From a virus (taxonomy: Duplodnaviria; Caudoviricetes), in the IMG/VR virus record IMGVR_UViG_3300005512_000173, positions 1 to 33,448 of that record: 33,448 nt of DNA. The stretch is one strand, 5' to 3'. Below are positions 9,116-18,278 of the stretch, one piece after another. A model generated the notes under the pieces. The model saw only the letters and a list, made by a program, of their open reading frames with translations. It did no database searches and was not told where the DNA came from. Within the stretch, counting starts at the first letter, position 1, and each line of letters begins with the position of its first letter. The translations under genes and the position numbers were made by a program.

Positions 9116-9139
9116 AAAAAACCCCCCTTGCGGGAGGTT
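9116..9139 (-). terminator. Intrinsic terminator
   Basis: AACCTCCC-GCAA-GGGGGGTT followed by TTTT. Confidence 0.85.
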
Positions 9140-9175
9140 GATGTATTATTAAAAAGACATCATGCTCAGAGTTAT

Positions 9176-9544
9176 TTACAGCACTGGTTCTGGTCCTTCT
9201 GGTTTAGGATTATTTTCTTTAACTGCATCAATAGCAGAAATCCAAGTACCATTATTCAGATTACCTGCTTTAAGATCATGATAAAGCATGTCTAACTGGT
9301 CTTTGATGTGTGGATACTCTTTATCACGGTTTCTCTCATAGAGATAATAATTGTGAATGTCTACTTCTCTTTTAAGTTCTTCCTCAATCTCTTCCCAAGT
9401 TGGTGGTTCTCTGCCTTCATCATCTTCCCAACTAACAAAAGTTTTGTTTTGTAAGTCCCAACGAGCACCAGGACGAAGAGTTTGAAGTGCAGTATCTACA
9501 CCAGGAACTGGGTACTCAATACCCTTGAACTTTCTGTATGCCAT
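9176..9544 (-). CDS. XkdW-like / tail fibre chaperone-like small protein
   Basis: ALQTLRPGARW...PPTWEEI...R..EYPHIKDQLDMLYHD pattern; adjacent to fibre genes. Confidence 0.6.
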   Translation of the reverse strand: MAYRKFKGIEYPVPGVDTALQTLRPGARWDLQNKTFVSWEDDEGREPPTWEEIEEELKREVDIHNYYLYERNRDKEYPHIKDQLDMLYHDLKAGNLNNGTWISAIDAVKENNPKPEGPEPVL

Positions 9545-9573
9545 GTAGTCAAATAAGTTATATGCGAAAATAT

Positions 9574-9942
9574 TTATGAGCTAACTAATACCCAACCAGT
9601 TCCTGTTGCATAATATGTTTCTTCATTCCAAGTATAAATTTCACCTTCTGCGGCGTCTGGGTATGCTACTGGAGGAGACCACACAATATCACTATCACCT
9701 ATCGTCCACGATGGGTATGGTCTTGGTGGAATAAATGCATTTTTAGTTGGATCAAATTTCCAATTTTTAGAAGGACGACCACCTCTTCTAAAACCACTCT
9801 CAGGATCGGCTGCAATCCAATATGGATGATCAAACTCCGTCTTTAGAAGTTCAATAATACTCTGTCTGGTTAAATTATCGTACTTATGAACTACACCCAG
9901 TACGACATTATTCTCATCTAATTTAGCAAAATACTGTTTCAT
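9574..9942 (-). CDS. Small fibre-associated protein
   Basis: YFAKLDENNVV...AFIPPRPYPSW...W.PPVAYP...YTWNEE pattern, usually found downstream of glycine-rich adhesins. Confidence 0.65.
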   Translation of the reverse strand: MKQYFAKLDENNVVLGVVHKYDNLTRQSIIELLKTEFDHPYWIAADPESGFRRGGRPSKNWKFDPTKNAFIPPRPYPSWTIGDSDIVWSPPVAYPDAAEGEIYTWNEETYYATGTGWVLVSS

Positions 9943-9947
9943 TTTTC

Positions 9948-11021
9948 TTAATCTAATGCTGTGATTGCTGTTGGTGCTGATATTGTATGGACTACAAATC
10001 CAGGTCTACCAGAAGTATCTGTAGCTACAGAGGCGCCTGGACTAAATGTTAGTCTTGAACTAGTTCCAGGATAGGCGATAATACATACACCATCACCACC
10101 ATTACTAATGTCTGAAGGTGAAACTGATCTACAAGCTCCTCCTCCACCACCTTTTCCATCAACACCTATTGATGCAGGTGCAGGACTGTCAGAACCGTTG
10201 ATTCCTAATCCACCACCAAATGGAACACCTGCAGATGGTGAATTAGTGAAGTCAGCATAACCTCCACCACCACCAGCGTATCCTACAGATGAACCAGTGA
10301 TACTATAGTTAAGACCAACTCCTCCAGCACCTCCAACTCTTGGACTTGTAACGGGACCACCAGTACCGCCGGCTCCGCCACCGCCACCAGCACCAGGTTC
10401 AGGTCCACTACCATCTCCACCATTATGTCCCCATCCAGCTGTTGGAGAACTAGCACCATCACTACCACCAGAGGCACCAGATGCTGTGCCCCCTGCAACT
10501 ACGCTCGCTGAACCAGCACCACCACCACCAGAACCGCCGGCACCAGGCTGAGGTCCATTAGCAGGACTTCGGCCACCACCACCGCCTGCAGCAGTAACAG
10601 TACCAAAGGTACTATCACCTCCATTTAACCCAATTCCATTGGGTTGGCCGGAGTTGGCTCCCCCAGATCCAACAGTGATTGAAAGTGGGAATGATGATTC
10701 AGTAATCTCTTGTAAAGAATTGAAGTATAAAGCACCTGCTCCACCACCACCTCCATTATCACCAGCACCGCCTCCGCCTCCACCAATCAACATCACCTCA
10801 GCATTGAGAACATTAAGGTTTTTTACTTCTAACCATCCTGATGGACCAAATGCCTCAATAGCACGAGTTGTTGCATTAAAAATCAAAGTTCCAATAGCAG
10901 TGCCAACACCTGCATTACGACCTGTCGTGGTAGTGGTTCCAAGACCAACCCCTGTGCCCTGATCTGAAGAACTAGCAGATAAAAATGTGCTTGATCCTGA
11001 TCCAACAACATAGATTGCCAT
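9948..11021 (-). CDS. Glycine-rich adhesin / fibre tip protein (polyglycine-II sandwich-like)
   Basis: Repeated GGGGGA runs, YAGGGGG and GGDGVCIIAY motifs; directly follows a fibre gene. Confidence 0.75.
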   Translation of the reverse strand: MAIYVVGSGSSTFLSASSSDQGTGVGLGTTTTTGRNAGVGTAIGTLIFNATTRAIEAFGPSGWLEVKNLNVLNAEVMLIGGGGGGAGDNGGGGGAGALYFNSLQEITESSFPLSITVGSGGANSGQPNGIGLNGGDSTFGTVTAAGGGGGRSPANGPQPGAGGSGGGGAGSASVVAGGTASGASGGSDGASSPTAGWGHNGGDGSGPEPGAGGGGGAGGTGGPVTSPRVGGAGGVGLNYSITGSSVGYAGGGGGYADFTNSPSAGVPFGGGLGINGSDSPAPASIGVDGKGGGGGACRSVSPSDISNGGDGVCIIAYPGTSSRLTFSPGASVATDTSGRPGFVVHTISAPTAITALD

Positions 11022-11022
11022 A

Positions 11023-12399
11023 TCAATTTACCTCCTGCAGTACAAACTTATATTTTTTACCATTTCTCCTATTTATCAAAAATAGATCGTCCTCACCCTC
11101 TTGAATTGTATATTTGCCCCAAGTTCCATCTACATCATTTGCAGAACCTTCATTAGAGAGTTGAAGGTCAGCAGAGAAGATGTTAGCCCAACGAAGTGAT
11201 GCTGAACCAAGGTCTTGTGTGGCATCAGCACCGGGTGTAATGTCTCCACTTGAATCTATACGAAGTCTTTCTGTTGCACTTGCTGAACCAGAGTTCGTAT
11301 GGAACTCAATTCTTCCTGGCATGTCATTAGCACCAGGTGTGCCATCAACATCTACTCTAATAGCTGCTGCCTCAACTAATTGCGAACCATCTGCACCTTG
11401 GAATGAAATTCTTGCAAGAAGATCATCATCGGTAGCAACATCAGTATCTCCATCTGAGGTTGCTCTAGTTCTACCCATATAAAGGATAGCACCAAGGTCA
11501 GCAGTAGTTGTGTTTGCACAAATACTTATGCCAGCATTACCACCTGCAGCAGTTCTTTCAACGTGAAGTAAGTTTGAAGTGACGCTACCATTATCATAAT
11601 TAGTTCTGGTGGTTGCAGTATTAACTAATAGTCTTTGAGTGGAATCAACACGAATTGCTTCACTACCACCAGTCTCTACAGTAAATGTATCAGCAGCAGG
11701 GAATCTAATAGCAGTATTAGTGTCACCAGTATGCAGAATAGAATCGGCAATTGATACGGGCCCAGATAATGTAGAAGCACTAGATACAGTTACGTTTACA
11801 GCACTAATAAAATCAGTTCCACCAACACCAGATAAATTAGATCCATCTCCAACAAAACTGGTTGCGGTAATAACGCCCGTTACATCAATTCCAGAATTGT
11901 TTATAATAGTAACTGCAGTTCCAACCCTAAGACCACTGGTTGCGGTAACAACACCAGATACAGTTACGTCTTGTGCACTAATGAAATCAGTATTAGCAAG
12001 ACCAGTTAAATTTGCTCCATTACCAACAAAACTGGTTGCGGTAATAACACCAGTTACATTTATACCTGCATTGGTAAGAGTTGTTACCCCAGCAACACTG
12101 ACATCACCATTTACAGTTCCACCATCTGCAGTGACAGCATCAGCAACTCTGAAGTCATCAAAAATCTGGAACTCTAGACTATCTCCTAAAGTTGCTCCAG
12201 ATAGTAATGTGACTGATGAACCATCTCTTGCTTCATAGTCATCTGTATCAACAAGCCGAACACCATTACGAAATACTGCAATCTTGTTGATGTTATAACC
12301 ACCAGTAACTGTAAAAGACGTTTGCCCTGCCGTTGCAGTTGCCTTGACGCTTTTAAAAGCAATATTTGAGGTTAATGTAACGGGTCTTCCTATTGCCAT
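11023..12399 (-). CDS. Tail fibre protein (458 aa)
   Basis: N-terminal ATAGQTSF...VFRNGVRL domain, shared stalk modules, FQGADG module, C-terminal DLGSASLRWANI...TIQEGEDDLFLINRRNGKKYKF domain. Confidence 0.85.
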   Translation of the reverse strand: MAIGRPVTLTSNIAFKSVKATATAGQTSFTVTGGYNINKIAVFRNGVRLVDTDDYEARDGSSVTLLSGATLGDSLEFQIFDDFRVADAVTADGGTVNGDVSVAGVTTLTNAGINVTGVITATSFVGNGANLTGLANTDFISAQDVTVSGVVTATSGLRVGTAVTIINNSGIDVTGVITATSFVGDGSNLSGVGGTDFISAVNVTVSSASTLSGPVSIADSILHTGDTNTAIRFPAADTFTVETGGSEAIRVDSTQRLLVNTATTRTNYDNGSVTSNLLHVERTAAGGNAGISICANTTTADLGAILYMGRTRATSDGDTDVATDDDLLARISFQGADGSQLVEAAAIRVDVDGTPGANDMPGRIEFHTNSGSASATERLRIDSSGDITPGADATQDLGSASLRWANIFSADLQLSNEGSANDVDGTWGKYTIQEGEDDLFLINRRNGKKYKFVLQEVN

Positions 12400-12417
12400 T
12401 TTATACTACTTTTTAGT

Positions 12418-12451
12418 TATTTATGATGTGGTGGTCATCAACCTATTTATC
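12418..12451 (-). promoter_or_regulatory. Two tandem late promoters (GATAAATA 12444-12451, CATAAATA 12418-12425)
   Basis: Two ATAAATA cores; the proximal one is followed by ACTAAAAA. Confidence 0.7.
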
Positions 12452-15400
12452 TTGCGTTTGGTTGAGCACCATACAGATTCATTGATGGGACTTCTGCGAA
12501 TGCCATAAACATATATGAAGTGCTATCATTTATATTAGTGTTTGAGTCTCTACATTTAAATCCATTTGATAAAAAGTCCATTGGGCGATTTACAAAAGCA
12601 CTTTCAATGTTGCTTGAGTTTCCATAAAGCAGTCCGTTAACGGGATTATTCTCATACCTAACATTATCATACAACCCCCATCCGTTGGTTGTGCTTATAC
12701 CTTTGACCATGACAAAAGCTGGCTTGAAGCCGCACTCAACAAATGTGCCATCGCTACTGCCATTCCCTTGATAACGGCCTATTTTTGAAAATCCTTCCAC
12801 AGAGTGCCAGAGGTAATAAACGTAATCATCACTAGAGGCAGTTTCATTAAAACTAGCAACTGACACAGTAGTAGAAGTATTACCTGTTAGAATTTGAGTA
12901 CCACCTTTGTTGGCATCAGTTTGTTCGTTAAGTCTTAAATAAGTATCGGTTGCAGTTGGTGGACCATCAGCTCTTGGGGAAAATACAACCCAGTCCTCAG
13001 CATCATCTCTATTTTTGCAGATAATCACTTCAGGAGTTTTATCCAAACCATGGGTAAACGAACTTGCCGTGTTGGTTCCTGTTAAAGCGTAGATCCCAAA
13101 CCCTGCTTCAGTATTGATCGAAGCAGTTCCAGCACTGAAACCAGTTAAAGTAGGTGTAAAACTTGTACCTGCTTTCCAACACCAGGCAGCATAGGTACGG
13201 GGTGATGCACCATTAATCTGACCGTCATTTCCCATTGTCCATCCATTACGATCAAAGGAGGTTAATGCTGCTGTTCCCTGAAGTCCGTCTGATTCATTAT
13301 TATCACTTTGTAGGCGTTGTCTAGCACCTCTTACAGAATCGTACCATGCATGACTATCAGTATTATTACTTCGGATTTTAATCCAAACTAAATCTGGTTG
13401 AAACTCAAGATCAGTAATACTTCTGGTAGTATTGTTACCAGTATAAGTAAGACATTTAAAATGCCTTTCAGGATAAATTGCTGCTATTGAAGGGCGGGGG
13501 AGGTTGGCAAGGCAGAGTGTCTTGAATCCTTCTGGGGGAGCATACTTGAAGGGTTTCTGACCGAAGTTACAATGAGTAACCTGTGCTCCAGTTCCGTTAT
13601 CATAAGCAATAAATGGACCTTGTGTTTCTGTATTTGTATAAGTTATTGCGGGGTTACTTCCACTCGTAGGATCTCCACTTAAAACCCATATGTTATTTTT
13701 AGCAAACCATAATCTTTTATTATCCGCGTCCCATGCAACGCCAATGGTATCACCCGCAACATAAGCCAGACCAGAGTTACCTACACTAGTTCCACTATCA
13801 TCGTAAATACTTCCTTCTGATCTATATGCAGTTCTATTCTGAGCATTAGAAGATGGTTGTGTTAGTGGATTGATACCAATTAAAGTTCCACCAGTATTTG
13901 GACTTCCTACATCTTCAATATATGCTTCATAATACCACTTACCTGTATTAGAACCCATTGTTCCATATGTCCTACCACCACTTGATCCAGGTTCTGATGT
14001 GGTTAGATTTCCACTTGAGAAAGTCAAACCAGTTTGATTTAGTGGATTCCAAGTACAATAACCACTCTCTTGTCCTCTTACTTTATTGATATCAGTGTTG
14101 AATGGGTTGAAGTTAGTTGCTGCTGCATCTCCATTTGCTGTAATACTTCCAGGAGTTACGGCTGCAGCAGTCGCAGAAGATGGTGACTGACAACACAGAA
14201 GCGTTGTGTTGGTTACATTTGTGAGTGGTGCTGATGGTGGTGTGAAGTTTGATGTGTAAAGTGCGGTTCCATTTACAACACGGAAGTTTGATATAAATCC
14301 TTCACCCAAACCAGCATATGATCCATTATTTGTGGACATCAAAGTAAGTTTCTTTGATGATGAGTCCTGAAAATTTTCTGATGTTGTTAAAGCTTGAACG
14401 CCATCAATGTACATTCTCATATTGGTGCTGTCATGACACACAGCAACATGTATCCATTTATTTTGAGCATAATCGCCACCTGTCCCATCACCTACACTCC
14501 ACACATTAGTGGTTCCCATAGACATATTGGTGTCACTAAAATAAACACCATCTATAGATGAAGAGGAATCACCTTCCAAATACCAAAGTCTTCCAATCGT
14601 ACCGTTCTTTCCTGTGATATATGCATAACACTCAACAGTCCAATCTCCCCCCACTAATCCAAAGTCAGTGCTGGCAGCAAGATTTAAAAAGTCACCAGTA
14701 CCATCAAAACTCACAGCACCATCAGTAATCTCTGTGAGTTTAGAACTATATGCAGTGCCTGATGGAGTGTCTGGAAGAATATCAGGGTCTGTGGATGCTG
14801 GGATAAAGTTCTCGGTGTATTTTGCAACTCCTTTATAAATGCGGAGGTCTGAAAGATAACCAGTCATATAAGCATCATCTCTCTGATTATATCCTATTTT
14901 CACAGGATTGCTTGTAGTCATATCCTGAGTATCGGAAACTGATCCACTTGCTAAATCTGCAGTTCTATTAACACCATCAACAAAAGGAATGATGGTCCCA
15001 GAAGATCTGACAACAGCAACATGATGCCAATTTCCATCATTAACATTGACATCAAATGATAAATCAGTAAAAGCACTACCATTACTACTGGCAAAATAAA
15101 CTCTATTTCCGCTATTGAATCTGGTTCCAACCCGCCAAGTTCCTGCTTCAGCAGAAGAAACTAAAGTGGTGGCTTGCGCGGTATAAGATCCTGATGCTGA
15201 TCCATTCCACCAGAACTCAATAGTCCAATCGCCAGTTCCAAACTGAAAATCCGCATTGCTAGGAATTTCTAAATAATCTCCATTTCCATCAAACTCAAAA
15301 CTTCCACCATAAAAAATGCTTGTATCACTTGAAGCATGAACATCACCATTCTGTGTGACAGCTTTTTCAGTGCTTCCGCTATTAACCAAATTACTTACAT

Positions 15401-16229
15401 CACTAGAAACACCAACTAATGGAAGAGCAAGAACAAGGTGAGTACTAACACCAATTGGACCATTTCCAGGAGCAGTATCAGTTCTTACACCAACAGTTGC
15501 AACTTTACCACCACTCACAGTATTCAGAATAGGAAATGCTCCTGTTGCTTTGTCTAATGCAGCAGAACCAAAGTTTACTGGTGTCCAGTTGTTTCCATTA
15601 CCAGACATATCTTGCCCGATTGGTGTGTTTCCATCAAAGGGAAGCCAGAAACCATTATCTCCAAATGTTCCCTCATATTTTTTAGGTCTCCAAACATTTG
15701 TGAGTGGGTCAGTAAAACCAAAGTCAGTGGCAGTTAGTGCTTGACCATCGACGAAGTAGACCTCGGATAAGTATCCCTTAAAGAATTCAGATGTTCTACT
15801 AGATTCGCCGCCAAGAAAATGTTCAACGTTTGTATTAGTGCCAACGGAGGCTTGAGTCCAAGTTACAGCAAGTTCTCCATTAATAAACGCTCTGATGTTT
15901 GTGCCATTAGATACATCCAAACGGTGATACCAAGCGCCTGGATCTCTGCGGAGATTTGATTCGTTTTGAGTAACTGTTGCTTGAGTCCAACCAAAATTAT
16001 TGCTTCTAATATGATGAAACTGAAGCGGAGAAACAGTACCAAAGATTTGGAAATCTCCTGTGCCAAAGTCGGTTATTTTAATCCAAGCACTCCAAGTCCA
16101 AGTAGTGCCACTATTATTAGCAAAGGTTCTCACTAAACGTTGAGAACCATCAAACTTTAAACTACCATCAATAACCTGAGCACCAGAAGCTCTATCTTCT
16201 GTGATTACCTGTGTTAATGCTATTGGCAT
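12447..16229 (-). CDS. Multi-LamG and SPRY-like virion adhesin (1260 aa)
   Basis: Three LamG-like units (TWTWSAW, WTIEFW...WHHVAVVR, WTVECY...WIHVAV), SPRY-like GKWYYE...GDTIGVAWD, same C-terminal domain as the 915-aa protein. Confidence 0.8.
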   Translation of the reverse strand: MPIALTQVITEDRASGAQVIDGSLKFDGSQRLVRTFANNSGTTWTWSAWIKITDFGTGDFQIFGTVSPLQFHHIRSNNFGWTQATVTQNESNLRRDPGAWYHRLDVSNGTNIRAFINGELAVTWTQASVGTNTNVEHFLGGESSRTSEFFKGYLSEVYFVDGQALTATDFGFTDPLTNVWRPKKYEGTFGDNGFWLPFDGNTPIGQDMSGNGNNWTPVNFGSAALDKATGAFPILNTVSGGKVATVGVRTDTAPGNGPIGVSTHLVLALPLVGVSSDVSNLVNSGSTEKAVTQNGDVHASSDTSIFYGGSFEFDGNGDYLEIPSNADFQFGTGDWTIEFWWNGSASGSYTAQATTLVSSAEAGTWRVGTRFNSGNRVYFASSNGSAFTDLSFDVNVNDGNWHHVAVVRSSGTIIPFVDGVNRTADLASGSVSDTQDMTTSNPVKIGYNQRDDAYMTGYLSDLRIYKGVAKYTENFIPASTDPDILPDTPSGTAYSSKLTEITDGAVSFDGTGDFLNLAASTDFGLVGGDWTVECYAYITGKNGTIGRLWYLEGDSSSSIDGVYFSDTNMSMGTTNVWSVGDGTGGDYAQNKWIHVAVCHDSTNMRMYIDGVQALTTSENFQDSSSKKLTLMSTNNGSYAGLGEGFISNFRVVNGTALYTSNFTPPSAPLTNVTNTTLLCCQSPSSATAAAVTPGSITANGDAAATNFNPFNTDINKVRGQESGYCTWNPLNQTGLTFSSGNLTTSEPGSSGGRTYGTMGSNTGKWYYEAYIEDVGSPNTGGTLIGINPLTQPSSNAQNRTAYRSEGSIYDDSGTSVGNSGLAYVAGDTIGVAWDADNKRLWFAKNNIWVLSGDPTSGSNPAITYTNTETQGPFIAYDNGTGAQVTHCNFGQKPFKYAPPEGFKTLCLANLPRPSIAAIYPERHFKCLTYTGNNTTRSITDLEFQPDLVWIKIRSNNTDSHAWYDSVRGARQRLQSDNNESDGLQGTAALTSFDRNGWTMGNDGQINGASPRTYAAWCWKAGTSFTPTLTGFSAGTASINTEAGFGIYALTGTNTASSFTHGLDKTPEVIICKNRDDAEDWVVFSPRADGPPTATDTYLRLNEQTDANKGGTQILTGNTSTTVSVASFNETASSDDYVYYLWHSVEGFSKIGRYQGNGSSDGTFVECGFKPAFVMVKGISTTNGWGLYDNVRYENNPVNGLLYGNSSNIESAFVNRPMDFLSNGFKCRDSNTNINDSTSYMFMAFAEVPSMNLYGAQPNAR

Positions 16230-16243
16230 TTATCTAACCTCCC

Positions 16244-17713
16244 TCAACTATAATTCAGTGAAGCACCGGCAAGTAATTGCGTTCCTGCTACTCCTACTCT
16301 ATGGACTGTGAAAGAGATCAAACTTATTGCACCATCTGCAGTTGGTAGATTTGGTGTAGAACCTGATGGGAATAAGAAATATGTGCTGAATCCAACTGTT
16401 GAAACACCAGAGTTCACAATTCTAACTGTGTGACTATCTGCTTCTGATCCGTTGGTAACAGAGATTGTACAAATACCAGTTGCTACTACTCTATGATCTT
16501 GTGCTGCTGTAAGGTCAAGGGTTATAACTGCGTTTGAATCATTTTGATCTTCAGTGGTCAAACCAACTGAGATACCAGTTAAATTAGAACCATCACCAAA
16601 GTATTCTCTTGCGGTGACAATACCAACTGCTAACTTAGCAGAGTTGCCCGAATTTACAGGATCAGTTGGGGTATCAGTTCCAATGCCGACATTACCAGTA
16701 TCAGTTATACGAAGTCTTTCTGTATTTGTTCCACCAGACCTTAATGAAAATCCTAAATCTCCACCATTATCTGTTCTATGCAAATATGATATATTATTTG
16801 TATCGTCATGATAAAATCTAACAGCTTCATTTGTACCACCAGAAACATTAAAGTGTGCAATATCAAATACAGAATTACCACTTACAGTATCAGTATCTGA
16901 TTGATTACTTTCAACATCCAACCTTGCTCCTGGATTATCAGTACCAATTCCAACATTGCCATCAGAAGTTATACGAAATGCTTCACTACCATTAGTTTCT
17001 ACCGTAAATGTATCAACAGCAGGGAATCTGATCTTAGTATTTGTATCTCCTAAGTGTGTAATACTATCATCTATCTCTATCCCTGCTTGGAATGTTGCCA
17101 AACCAACCGAATCTACGTTGGTTACATCTTCATATGATAATGTCCCAGCAATTGATACAGGACCAGAGAAAGTTGCAACACCAGTTACATTTAAATTATC
17201 TAATTCTGTATGTCCGTCTACATCTATATCACTTGAGAATGTTCCAACACCAGATAGAGTGAAGTTCTGAGCACTGATGATATCGGTGTTAGCAAGACCA
17301 GTTAAATTAGAACCATCACCAACAAACTGAGTAGCACTTATTACACCAGCATTGGCAGTGATTGCTGTACCTACAAATAGAGTGCCGTTGACAGTTAGGT
17401 CATTACCAACTGTAAAACCGCCAGTTGCATCAGTAACATTACCAATATTAAATGCTTTATATGCGACTAACTGAACAACATCACCGCTTTGAGCAGCACT
17501 TGATAATCCAACCGTTGAGGTATCACCTGCCTCAAAGTCATCACCCTCAATTAATTTTACGCCATTTACATATGCATCAATATAACCAACTGTATATCCA
17601 GATGAAAATGTAAAATCTGTTTGTACTCCAGTAGGTCTGTAAGTCTGTCTCGCAATGATGACAGATGAATCTGCCGGATTTCTTCCAATATAACCCTGTG
17701 CTACTACTGTCAT
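16244..17713 (-). CDS. Tail fibre protein (489 aa) with C-terminal putative docking domain
   Basis: GYIGRNP N-terminus, YVNGVKL domain, DGHTELD, IRFPAVDTFTVET and GNVGIGTD modules. Confidence 0.85.
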   Translation of the reverse strand: MTVVAQGYIGRNPADSSVIIARQTYRPTGVQTDFTFSSGYTVGYIDAYVNGVKLIEGDDFEAGDTSTVGLSSAAQSGDVVQLVAYKAFNIGNVTDATGGFTVGNDLTVNGTLFVGTAITANAGVISATQFVGDGSNLTGLANTDIISAQNFTLSGVGTFSSDIDVDGHTELDNLNVTGVATFSGPVSIAGTLSYEDVTNVDSVGLATFQAGIEIDDSITHLGDTNTKIRFPAVDTFTVETNGSEAFRITSDGNVGIGTDNPGARLDVESNQSDTDTVSGNSVFDIAHFNVSGGTNEAVRFYHDDTNNISYLHRTDNGGDLGFSLRSGGTNTERLRITDTGNVGIGTDTPTDPVNSGNSAKLAVGIVTAREYFGDGSNLTGISVGLTTEDQNDSNAVITLDLTAAQDHRVVATGICTISVTNGSEADSHTVRIVNSGVSTVGFSTYFLFPSGSTPNLPTADGAISLISFTVHRVGVAGTQLLAGASLNYS

Positions 17714-18252
17714 CAGCTAACTCCTTGAAGAATTGATAAGGAAACATCAATTGCATTTGCCGAATCACAGAAAACTCTTATCGCATCATTTGCTTCCATA
17801 ACTGTTTTACCAGCATCTGATATAACGAAAGAACTTCCAGCAGGAACAGGAATCTTAGATGCAATCGCACAAGAAGTTCCCGTGCTGTTATCGTTAAGTT
17901 CTACTGTTAGATTAACTTGAGAGTTAGTATTATTTGCAAATGTTCCACCAATCAGAATACTCTTGGTTGCAGCAGGTGAACTATAAACTGTCGTGACTCC
18001 AAGGAATTTTACACTTTGACTTGATGCCGCAGCGTTATTAGTTGAGTCGCGATCAGCAGTAACTGAACCAACTCCAATTGATTCAACCTTAGTTCCTGCA
18101 ATGAAATTTGCATTATCAATAAGGTTTCCTATTTCTACTGAGGTGGTAGAAATTCCCGTAATAAGAGTTGTCGTTATGCCAATGGAACCAGAAGGACTTG
18201 TGCTTACAATCCCTGCCGCCCTTGCTAAAGAATTTGAAAATGATTCTGCCAT
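17713..18252 (-). CDS. Virion structural / fibre adaptor protein (179 aa)
   Basis: Y.SPA...I.G..AN...IPVPAGSS...K.VME..D...DV.LSIL pattern; sits between two fibre genes; late promoter AATAAATA at 18273-18280. Confidence 0.6.
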   Translation of the reverse strand: MAESFSNSLARAAGIVSTSPSGSIGITTTLITGISTTSVEIGNLIDNANFIAGTKVESIGVGSVTADRDSTNNAAASSQSVKFLGVTTVYSSPAATKSILIGGTFANNTNSQVNLTVELNDNSTGTSCAIASKIPVPAGSSFVISDAGKTVMEANDAIRVFCDSANAIDVSLSILQGVS

Positions 18253-18278
18253 TGTTCTTTATGTGGTAAAAGTATTTA

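Noticed and set aside
2470-17330. Shufflon/invertase or diversity-generating retroelement behind the fibre repeats
   Set aside because: All copies are direct and coding, differences are mostly synonymous rather than adenine-specific, and no recombinase or reverse transcriptase is present in the window.
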